Positions 11,253-20,498 of a DNA stretch of 64,000 nt are shown here, one piece after another. The DNA lies in NCBI GenBank assembly GCA_030684835.1, contig JAUXWZ010000146.1, positions 24,425 through 88,424 of the forward strand, written 5' to 3'. Position 1 is the stretch's first letter. Each line of letters begins with the position of its first letter. The position numbers were made by a program, and so were the translations under genes. This stretch comes from Beijerinckiaceae bacterium. Lineage in GTDB: Bacteria; Pseudomonadota; Alphaproteobacteria; Rhizobiales; Beijerinckiaceae. A model generated the notes under the pieces. It had not been told where the DNA came from, made no database searches, and saw nothing but the letters and a program-made list of their open reading frames with translations.

Positions 11253-11798
11253 ATGAGCAAAGAGATGCCGACGTCCGCCCGGCCGGCGCGTGACCCTGCG
11301 GTCAAGAGTGTGGCGAACAGCGCGCCGCTGGCGCCCGAGATGCGCGGACCCACCGCCCGAGTGGGGCATCTGCTCCGGCGGGCCTATCAACTGGCGCTTG
11401 AGAACTCGGCCCGGGGATTCGCCGATCTTGATCTGACGCCCCGTCAGGCGGCGGCGGTCTGGGAGATTCACGTTCGGGGTTCGTTATCGCAGCGTGAACT
11501 GGGTGAGGCCATTGGCATGGACGCGCCCAATGTCCACGGACTCGTCACGCGACTCCTCAAGCGCGGCGCTGTCTCCCGGCAGACCGATTGCGTCGATCCG
11601 CGCCGCAAATTGCTGAGCCTGACGCTCGAGGGCGCGTCGCTGGCGGCCGTCCTGCCGGAACGGGCGCGGTTGTCCGAGGAAGCGACGCTGGCGGGGCTGT
11701 CTGCGAACGACCGCGCGTCCCTCGTCAAATTGCTTGAGTCTATGATTGAACCTGAGGCCTGCGCACCCAGAAGAAAACTTAGGAAGCGCAAGGCTTAA
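11253..11798 (+). CDS. MarR family transcriptional regulator
   Basis: LDLTPRQAAAVWEI, SQRELGEAIGMDAPNVHGLVTRL and DPRRKLLSLTLEG winged helix. Confidence 0.93.
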   Translation: MSKEMPTSARPARDPAVKSVANSAPLAPEMRGPTARVGHLLRRAYQLALENSARGFADLDLTPRQAAAVWEIHVRGSLSQRELGEAIGMDAPNVHGLVTRLLKRGAVSRQTDCVDPRRKLLSLTLEGASLAAVLPERARLSEEATLAGLSANDRASLVKLLESMIEPEACAPRRKLRKRKA

Positions 11799-11810
11799 CG
11801 GCTCATTTAC
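11795..11810. promoter_or_regulatory. CtrA box-like site upstream of the sigma54 activator
   Basis: TTAA-cggctca-TTTAC, one mismatch to TTAA-N7-TTAAC. Confidence 0.6.
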
Positions 11811-11865
11811 CTAGTCTCGCCACATTGTCCCAAGCGCGCCGGCCATGTGGCGGCATGGGACCACA

Positions 11866-13353
<1,488 letters not shown>

Positions 13354-13482
13354 TCAGTGTTGCGCGTTCGCTTTTAAGTGCTCGCGCAATTGAATGTTCT
13401 GTGGCGCGCAGGCGCGATGCGGAACGGCATTGTGCGCCAGCGCACGTGCGCTCAAACGGGAATACGGGAAGCTCGCAGGGCC

Positions 13483-15465
13483 ATGAGATTCGATTTCAGA
13501 TTTTTCCCCCTCTCGCTCGGCCCTCTCTCGCTTGCCGCGCTTCTTGCGCTCGCTTCCGCGCCCGCTTTTTCGCAGGATTCAGCGGATCGCGCTGAGGCGG
13601 TCACCGCGCACTCGATTAACGAGCCTTCCGCTCCGATGTCGAGCGCGCCGCAGATGGCTTCCGAGCCCGTCGCCGAATCGCGCGACGAACAGGCCGCAAA
13701 CGCGCTCGCGCCAGACATCACGATGGAGACCCCCGCTCAGGTCGCGGTAGAGCGCGAAGCCGCGCCAGAGGCGGAACCTGTGGCTCAGGCGCCCGAGCAA
13801 GCCCGCCCGGCGGCTGTCGAGGCCCAGCCTGTTGCCGAGGCTGCCGCCCCAGCTGCGCCAATGCCGACGGAGACCCCGGCGCCCGACCAGACCGCCGTTT
13901 CTTCGCCCCCCATTCAAGCCGAAATTGCTCCCCAGGAGGCCGCGACGACGGCTCCCGAGCCGCCTCAGCCGGCGGTGGAAGCCGCTTCGGCAGCTGGGCC
14001 CAATCCCATTCAGCTGGCGCTGCGGGATGCTGTGGAGCGGATGAAAGACTCGCCTATTGCCCGCGCGGCGCCCGGTCAGACACCGGCCGCCGCCTTGCGG
14101 CAGGAGCGGGACGAGATCGCCGCAGTTTACCAGGAGCGGGACTTCGCGCCTTTGTGGATTGAGGGGAAAACTTTCACAACAGCCGCCCGCGCCGCCGTTG
14201 TGCAAATCAACCGTGCACGCGAGGACGGGCTGGACCTCACCCAGTATCTTCCGCCGACCCTTGACGCCGCCTCTCCTGATGCGATGGCCCGCGCCGAACT
14301 CGCGCTCTCGCAAGCGGCTGTGGGCTTTGCCCGGCAGGCCAGCGGCGTGCGCGTGGCGCCGCGCGTCATTGGCCTCATCAGCTCGAAAGCGGAGGTTGCG
14401 TCGCCCCGTGACGTCCTAATGACGGCTTCTGCGGCTCGCGACGCCGGAGAGGCGCTCGCTGCCTATAATCCGCCCCACCAAGGGTATCGCAATTTGCGCG
14501 AAAAGCTTGCGGAGTTGCGCCGCGAGCGGCCCGCGCTCGCCAGTCCGCGCATTGCGCCGGGCCGGGTGTTGAAAGTTGGCATGAAGGACCCGCGCGTGCC
14601 GCTGGTGCGGGCGCGGTTCGGAATCGACGCCGCAGCCGATGGCGCGAACAGCGAACTTGTCTATGACACGCGCGTCGCCAGCGCCGTCGCCGATTTTCAG
14701 AGGGCCAACGGGCTGCCGGGCAATGGGGCGCTCACCGCGCGCACCATCGCGCTGCTGTCGGGCGGGGACCCGGCGCGGCTGGAGCGCGAAATCCTCGCGA
14801 GCATGGAGACGTGGCGCTGGGCGCCGCGCGACATGGGCGAGACGCGGATCGAGGTGAATATCCCCAATTATACGGCGCGCCTGATCCGCGACGGCAAGGT
14901 CGTCCATTCGATGCGGGTTATCGTGGGCAAGCCGGAGACTCCGACGCCCGTATTCTCGGATGTTATGCGCTTCATGGTGGTCAACCCGTCCTGGCATGTG
15001 CCGCAGTCGATCATCCGCAAGCAGCTTGCGCAGGACCCGAACTATTACGCGCGAAACGGTTATGAGGTGGTCCGCAAGGGCGCGAACGTGTTCGTTCGCC
15101 AACCTCCGGGCGAGCGGAACGCGCTGGGCAATGTCAAGTTTATGTTCCCGAACGACCACGCTGTTTACATGCACGATACGCCCAGCCGGGGCCTTTTCAA
15201 CGCATCTCGCCGGGCCTTCAGCCACGGCTGCGTGCGCGTGGACCAGCCCTTCCGGTTCGCCGAGGCGCTGATGGAGGAGACCGGCTGGAGCGAGAAGCGG
15301 CTGCGGTCCGTCCTTGGCCGGGGCGAGCGCACAATCAACTTCAACGCGGGCGTGCCGGTGCACATGATGTATTTCACGGCGTTTGTGGACGACGAAGGCA
15401 AGCTTCAGCTTCGGGATGACCTCTATGGCCTGTCGCGCAAGCTTCAGGCCGCGCTGGGGTTGTAG
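13483..15465 (+). CDS. L,D-transpeptidase (YcbB/LdtD type) with PG-binding domain
   Basis: Signal peptide, Ala/Pro/Glu-rich linker, PG-binding segment (DTRVASAVADFQRANGL), VNIPNY, VYMHDTP...FSHGCVRV. Confidence 0.92.
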   Translation: MRFDFRFFPLSLGPLSLAALLALASAPAFSQDSADRAEAVTAHSINEPSAPMSSAPQMASEPVAESRDEQAANALAPDITMETPAQVAVEREAAPEAEPVAQAPEQARPAAVEAQPVAEAAAPAAPMPTETPAPDQTAVSSPPIQAEIAPQEAATTAPEPPQPAVEAASAAGPNPIQLALRDAVERMKDSPIARAAPGQTPAAALRQERDEIAAVYQERDFAPLWIEGKTFTTAARAAVVQINRAREDGLDLTQYLPPTLDAASPDAMARAELALSQAAVGFARQASGVRVAPRVIGLISSKAEVASPRDVLMTASAARDAGEALAAYNPPHQGYRNLREKLAELRRERPALASPRIAPGRVLKVGMKDPRVPLVRARFGIDAAADGANSELVYDTRVASAVADFQRANGLPGNGALTARTIALLSGGDPARLEREILASMETWRWAPRDMGETRIEVNIPNYTARLIRDGKVVHSMRVIVGKPETPTPVFSDVMRFMVVNPSWHVPQSIIRKQLAQDPNYYARNGYEVVRKGANVFVRQPPGERNALGNVKFMFPNDHAVYMHDTPSRGLFNASRRAFSHGCVRVDQPFRFAEALMEETGWSEKRLRSVLGRGERTINFNAGVPVHMMYFTAFVDDEGKLQLRDDLYGLSRKLQAALGL

Positions 15466-15710
15466 AGGTCCCGCTTTGTCAAAGGTCAAGCTCGCGCATT
15501 AACGCAGCGCTTTTGACACAAAGCCGCCACGATTGCCGTATTGGTGTTGGGTCGTGTTTGTTTTTGGGTGGGACGTGAAGCGAAATTTGGTCATGGTTAC
15601 GGCCTCTTAACGCTTCTCGGCAACAGTTCGCTCAGGTTAACGGCTGGTTTGTATCACCGCCGAAACCCTAACAAGGCGCGCGCTGCGCGTCTTTGGAAAG
15701 GTGAGTAGAG

Positions 15711-17273
15711 TTGCGAAAGTCGCGCCTTCCGATGTCCTTGCCTGTGGCCCTGCGCCGCGTCGCCGCCGCGTCACTTTCCGTCGCAGCCGTTCTGGGCGCC
15801 ATGGCCCCCACGTCGACCCAAACCGCTGTCGCCAATGGCGACACCCGTACGCTTTATCTCACGCATGCGCACACTGGTGAAACGATCACCGCGACTTACC
15901 GGGTGAACGGGTCTTTTGATCCAGCGGTTCTTGAGAAGCTCAATTATTTCCTGCGAGACTGGCGCAACGACGCCGTTATCAAGATGGACCCGCGTCTGTT
16001 CGATGTCGTCTGGGAAACCCATCGGGGTGCAGGGTCCACGTCTCCCATCCGCATCAATTCCGCTTACCGCTCGCCGGAGACGAACTCGATGCTGCGCCGC
16101 CGCTCGCGCGGGGTCGCCGAATTTTCGCTCCACACCCGCGGCATGGCCATGGACATCCATGTCCCGGACGTCACCACGGACAGCTTGCGCCACACCGCCA
16201 TTCGCATGCAGCGCGGCGGCGTCGGCTTCTATCCCTCATCGGGCTTTGTGCATCTGGACGTCGGCAACGTCCGCGCCTGGCCGCGCATGCGGTATGATCA
16301 GCTCGCGCGCATTTTCCCGGACGGCAAGTCGATTCATATCGCCGCCGACGGACGCACCTTGCCCGGTTATGAAGAGGCCCGCCTCACGCTCGCGGCGCGC
16401 AACGGCAGCTATGCGCCGTCGCTGGCGCAGGTGAAATCGAAGGGCTTCTTCGCAACGCTCTTTGGCTGGGAAGACCCCGACGATACGCCGGCTCCCGCTG
16501 CGACGCCGTCTCGCGGGCGCCGGGCGCCTGCCCCGACGCAGGTCGCGGCGTACGCTCCAGAGCAACCGCGCTCGCCCGCGCTGGCCCGCGCCGAGGCAAA
16601 CCGTCCACGCGGCGAGACGTTCGCAGGCCCCGCGAGTGTTGCCGCAACGCCGCAGGAGGCCGCCCGCGCCGCCGTGATAGCGAGCGTGCCGATGCCGCCG
16701 CGCCGCCCCGTCGAAACTGTTGTAGCGTCGATAACGCCTGCTGCGCCTCTCCTGGGCCCGTTGCCGCCCGTCCGTCCCTCCGACTTCAGTGTCGCTTCGA
16801 TAGCGCCCTTGAGCGCGCCACTGCCGCCCGCCCGCGCGGTTCGCGCCGGCATCAACACGGACGTCGCAAGTCTTTTCGGGAGCGCATCAGGCAGGATCGC
16901 CGCGACGCCAGGTCTCCCGCCGGTCATCACCGAGGGCGCCGAGCCAATGGCAGCCGCCGTTCTCGCCTACGCCCCGCAGCAAGCCCCTGTGCGCATGATC
17001 CGGCAGGCGCGCACCGCGCCGGTCGCCGCGCAGCCGGTGGGATTGCGCGCCGCGCGTAATCGTGTCCCCGCCGCTTTGACTCCGGCGCGTCTCGACCGCT
17101 CCAATTTTATCGCCATGACGGCGCCAATCAGCATGGAAAGCGCGACGTCGGGCAGCACGCTTGGCTCTTCGCTCGCGCCGCTGCGTCCTGCCGCGCGCCG
17201 GGAAGCGCGTGATCTGATGTTTGGCGCGCCGCAGGGCAACCTTGTCGTCAGCGAATTACGTCCGAGGCCGTAA
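15711..17273 (+). CDS. DUF882 / peptidase M15 (YcbK/MepK-like) with a Pro/Ala-rich C-terminal extension
   Basis: LNYFLRDWRND...MDPRLFD, SAYRSPETN, SLHTRGMAMD and FVHLDVG zinc ligands. Start may be TTG 15711 or ATG 15732. Confidence 0.9.
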   Translation: MRKSRLPMSLPVALRRVAAASLSVAAVLGAMAPTSTQTAVANGDTRTLYLTHAHTGETITATYRVNGSFDPAVLEKLNYFLRDWRNDAVIKMDPRLFDVVWETHRGAGSTSPIRINSAYRSPETNSMLRRRSRGVAEFSLHTRGMAMDIHVPDVTTDSLRHTAIRMQRGGVGFYPSSGFVHLDVGNVRAWPRMRYDQLARIFPDGKSIHIAADGRTLPGYEEARLTLAARNGSYAPSLAQVKSKGFFATLFGWEDPDDTPAPAATPSRGRRAPAPTQVAAYAPEQPRSPALARAEANRPRGETFAGPASVAATPQEAARAAVIASVPMPPRRPVETVVASITPAAPLLGPLPPVRPSDFSVASIAPLSAPLPPARAVRAGINTDVASLFGSASGRIAATPGLPPVITEGAEPMAAAVLAYAPQQAPVRMIRQARTAPVAAQPVGLRAARNRVPAALTPARLDRSNFIAMTAPISMESATSGSTLGSSLAPLRPAARREARDLMFGAPQGNLVVSELRPRP

Positions 17274-17345
17274 CCCGGCCGCTGGTTCAGGCGTTTTGCG
17301 TAGCGAGATGATCTTGATCATCCTTCACGCAATGGCAGGCAAATC

Positions 17346-17855
17346 ATGATTGTGCGCGCATTGGCGGTTGTGGCGGGACTTGCGGGCGGTGTCGCCACTT
17401 CGCAATTACCCGAGTATTCGCAGCAATATCGCCAGAGGCTGGGCGGCGCCATCGACGAACTCGCGCGCATCATGTCGGAGTTCGACGCGGACGCGTCGCG
17501 CCATGGCATGACCCGCGAACAGGGCATCGGCCGATTGTCGGGGAATGGTGACGCATTCGTCACCGAACGCGGCGCCCGGCTGCGCGAGGACAGTGCGCGA
17601 CTTGCGCGGCTGCAACGACAACTCGAAGTCTTTCAAACCTCAGGCCCGTTCCGTCGCATCGCCGTGATGGCGAGTGATATCGATCAGGCGACGGCGCAGC
17701 GCGCGTGGGCGAACTTTGAGCCTGGCGTGCCCATGACGATCGAGGGCGCTGCGCTCGGGGGCATGGGCTTCCTCGCCGGCTACGGGGCCCTGCGCTTTAT
17801 TTTGTGGCCCGTCGGCAGGCGCCGCCGGTCGCAGCTGGCAGGTGTGCGGCGATGA
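17346..17855 (+). CDS. DUF2937 family protein
   Basis: SQLPEYSQQYRQRLGGAIDEL...FDADA and a C-terminal TM segment (PMTIEGAALG). Confidence 0.85.
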   Translation: MIVRALAVVAGLAGGVATSQLPEYSQQYRQRLGGAIDELARIMSEFDADASRHGMTREQGIGRLSGNGDAFVTERGARLREDSARLARLQRQLEVFQTSGPFRRIAVMASDIDQATAQRAWANFEPGVPMTIEGAALGGMGFLAGYGALRFILWPVGRRRRSQLAGVRR

Positions 17856-18661
17856 TTCCCAATGTGCTTTCGATTGCCGGCTCCGACCCATCTGGCGGCG
17901 CGGGAATTCAGGCGGATCTGAAGACGTTTTCGGCGTTGCGCTGTTACGGCATGGCGGCGCTGACTGCGCTTACCGCGCAGAACACGCGCGGCGTCAGCGG
18001 CGTGCATGTGCCGCCAGCCTCGTTTGTCGCCGCGCAGATTGACGCGATTTTCGCCGATGTGCGTGTCGACGCGGTGAAGATCGGCATGCTCGCGTCAGCT
18101 GACATTGTTGAGGCGGTGGCGGATCGGCTGCGCGCCCACAATGCGCGCAACATCGTGCTCGATCCGGTGCTCGTGGCCACCAGCGGCGATTCGCTTGGCG
18201 CTCCCGATGTCGTGGAGGCGATGAAGCTTCACCTTCTTGCGCTCGCAACGGTCATCACGCCGAACACATCTGAGGCGATGCGGCTTGCCGACGTTTCCAG
18301 CGAGCCTCAAAACGCTGCGGATCTTGGGACGTTGGCGCGCGCGCTGCATGGGCTCGGCGCCCGCGCTGTGCTCGTGAAGGGTGGCCATCTGACAGGGCAT
18401 GACGCGCCTGACGTGCTCTTCGACGGGACCAAGCTGGAGACGTTCAACGCGCCGCGCATAAATACGCGCAACACCCATGGCACAGGGTGCACATTGTCAT
18501 CGGCCATCGCTGCGCATCTGGCGCGCGGCTTCTCGCTTGCAACCGCAATTGCTGTCGCGAAGGACTATCTTACGGATTCGCTTGCCGCGAGCGATGAACT
18601 GTCAGTGGGCTCCGGGTCCGGTCATGGGCCCGTGCATCATTTCCACAATCTGTGGCCGTGA
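17852..18661 (+). CDS. thiD: Hydroxymethylpyrimidine/phosphomethylpyrimidine kinase
   Basis: LSIAGSDPSGGAGIQADLKTF, VKIGML, LVKGGHL, THGTGCTLSSAIAA and GPVHHF. Confidence 0.96.
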   Translation: MIPNVLSIAGSDPSGGAGIQADLKTFSALRCYGMAALTALTAQNTRGVSGVHVPPASFVAAQIDAIFADVRVDAVKIGMLASADIVEAVADRLRAHNARNIVLDPVLVATSGDSLGAPDVVEAMKLHLLALATVITPNTSEAMRLADVSSEPQNAADLGTLARALHGLGARAVLVKGGHLTGHDAPDVLFDGTKLETFNAPRINTRNTHGTGCTLSSAIAAHLARGFSLATAIAVAKDYLTDSLAASDELSVGSGSGHGPVHHFHNLWP

Positions 18662-19534
18662 TCAGGGGATGGCCGGAATGATGCGGGCGACGTTCGCAAG
18701 GATGGCGTTGCGCTGCGCCAGCGTTGCATCGGCTTCCGCGTAAAACACGACAGCGATCAACGGCGCGCGGTCTGGAGGCCATAAAATCGCGACGTCATTT
18801 GTCGTGTTGTGCTCGCCTGTCCCCGTCTTGTCTCCGACCCGCCAATCCGTCGGCAGGCCAGCGCGCAGGCGGTCGTCGCCGGTCTTGTTGTCCAGCAACC
18901 ATTGCGTAAGCTGCGCGCGCGAAGAGGCTGAAAGCCCATCCTCAACGAGGAGCTTGCGCATCGTTCGCGCGAAGGCGCGCGGCGTCGACGTGTCACGCAG
19001 ATCGCCCGGGGTCGCCTCGTTCAGTTCGGGCTCGATACGATCGGACCGAGTCACATAGTCGCCGAGCGCGCGGACAAATTTTGTCAGACCAGCAGGGCCG
19101 CCAAAGCTTGCGAACAACAGGTTCGCCGCCGTGTTGTCGCTGAGCGTCATGGCGGCCGCGCAAAGCTGGCTCACACTCATCCCTGCGTCGGTGAATTTTT
19201 CCGTCACCGGCGACCATGTCACCAGATCGCTTTTCGAATAAGCGACACGACGCGACATGTTTTCTTCGCCGCGCTCTGCGCGCCAAAGCGCAAAACTCGC
19301 GGAGAGCAATTTGTGAGTGCTGCACATCGCGAAACGATCGTCGCCGCGATGCGCATGCTCCTGATTTGTCGCCGTGTCGATGATCGTCACGCCGAGCCTG
19401 CCGCCGTGCCGACCTTCGAGCAGGGCGCAGCGCTGCGTGAACGTCTCAGCCTGCGCTTGCGCGCCGCCGCTGGCCAACGCGCAAGCGCTGACAAGAAAGT
19501 GGCGGCGCGAAAGCGTGATCATTTCTGCAATCAA
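18662..19534 (-). CDS. bla: Class A beta-lactamase with a Tat signal
   Basis: FAMCSTHK (SxxK), SDNTAAN, EPELN omega loop, DKTGTG and N-terminal SRRHFL. Confidence 0.95.
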   Translation of the reverse strand: MIAEMITLSRRHFLVSACALASGGAQAQAETFTQRCALLEGRHGGRLGVTIIDTATNQEHAHRGDDRFAMCSTHKLLSASFALWRAERGEENMSRRVAYSKSDLVTWSPVTEKFTDAGMSVSQLCAAAMTLSDNTAANLLFASFGGPAGLTKFVRALGDYVTRSDRIEPELNEATPGDLRDTSTPRAFARTMRKLLVEDGLSASSRAQLTQWLLDNKTGDDRLRAGLPTDWRVGDKTGTGEHNTTNDVAILWPPDRAPLIAVVFYAEADATLAQRNAILANVARIIPAIP

Positions 19535-20463
19535 AGCTTTTCGAAAATCTCGACCATGCGTTTGCGCATGGCCTGATCGGGCAGGCGGCCCATGCCGGCC
19601 TTGAGATTGTCGGTCATGTATTCAGGCCGGTCCGTGCCCGGAATGACGGCCGTGACCGCAGGATTGCCGAGCAGCCACTTGAGCCCGAACTGCGCCCAGC
19701 TCGTGGCGTCGATTTCTTTGGCGATATCGGGCAGAGGCTTGCCGGCGGTCGCCTTGAAGAAACGCCCGCGGCCGAAGGGTAGATTCGTGAGCACGGCGCA
19801 ACCTGCGTCCTGCGCGGCGGGGATGAGGCGCTCGTCGGCGTTTCGATTAACCATTGAGTAGTCGATCTGGAAAAAGTCCGGCTTCTCGCGCTTTACGATT
19901 GTTTCAACTGCCGCATAATCGCGCTCGAATGACGAGGAGATGCCGATGTATCGGCATAGGCCCTGCTTCTTCCATTCGCGCAGCAGCGCCAAATCCTGAT
20001 CCGGCTTTCCAGGGTTGTGAAGCTGCATCAAGTCGACCTTGTCGACCTTCAGCCGCGCAAAGGAGCTTTTCATTTCTGCGGTGGTCGCCTCCGCGTTGTT
20101 CACGCGGACTTTGGTCGCAAGGAAAATCTTGTCGCGCAGCCCTGTCGCTGCAAAAAGATCACCAAGGCGCGCTTCGGCCTGCCCGTAGGAGGGCGCTGTG
20201 TCGACGAGTTTGCCGCCGCCAGCAACGAGCGTCTTGAGGACGTTCGCGCGCATGTCGAATTTTTCTTTGTCATCCTGAAAATCGAAGATGATCGCCGTGC
20301 CAATGCCCACCGACGGCAGCATTTCGCCGGTCGAGGGAATTTTACGCGATAATAGCGCGGCCTGCGCGAAGGCTGGGAAGGATGGCGACAGCACCGTCGC
20401 GCCAGCTGCGCCTGCGAGCGCGATGGCCTGACGGCGGCTGAGGCTCAAAAACTCATTCGTCAT
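19531..20463 (-). CDS. Aldo/keto reductase with a Tat signal peptide
   Basis: SRRQAIAL...AFA signal, then GIGT, DTAPSYG, FLATKV, DLMQLHN, IGIS, QIDYS and VIPGT. Confidence 0.92.
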   Translation of the reverse strand: MTNEFLSLSRRQAIALAGAAGATVLSPSFPAFAQAALLSRKIPSTGEMLPSVGIGTAIIFDFQDDKEKFDMRANVLKTLVAGGGKLVDTAPSYGQAEARLGDLFAATGLRDKIFLATKVRVNNAEATTAEMKSSFARLKVDKVDLMQLHNPGKPDQDLALLREWKKQGLCRYIGISSSFERDYAAVETIVKREKPDFFQIDYSMVNRNADERLIPAAQDAGCAVLTNLPFGRGRFFKATAGKPLPDIAKEIDATSWAQFGLKWLLGNPAVTAVIPGTDRPEYMTDNLKAGMGRLPDQAMRKRMVEIFEKL

Positions 20464-20498
20464 GTCGTGTGCTCCGTTGCGATGGTTGCAGTCTAAGT

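Noticed and set aside
13640-14040. Ala/Pro/Glu-rich stretch in the L,D-transpeptidase, and similar linkers in DUF882, the beta-barrel and CpoB
   Set aside because: Low-complexity periplasmic linkers with no exact DNA repeat unit. They are common in this order.
15466-15710. Three TTAAC half-sites upstream of the DUF882 gene
   Set aside because: None forms a TTAA-N7-TTAA pair with fewer than two mismatches, so it is not called as a CtrA box.
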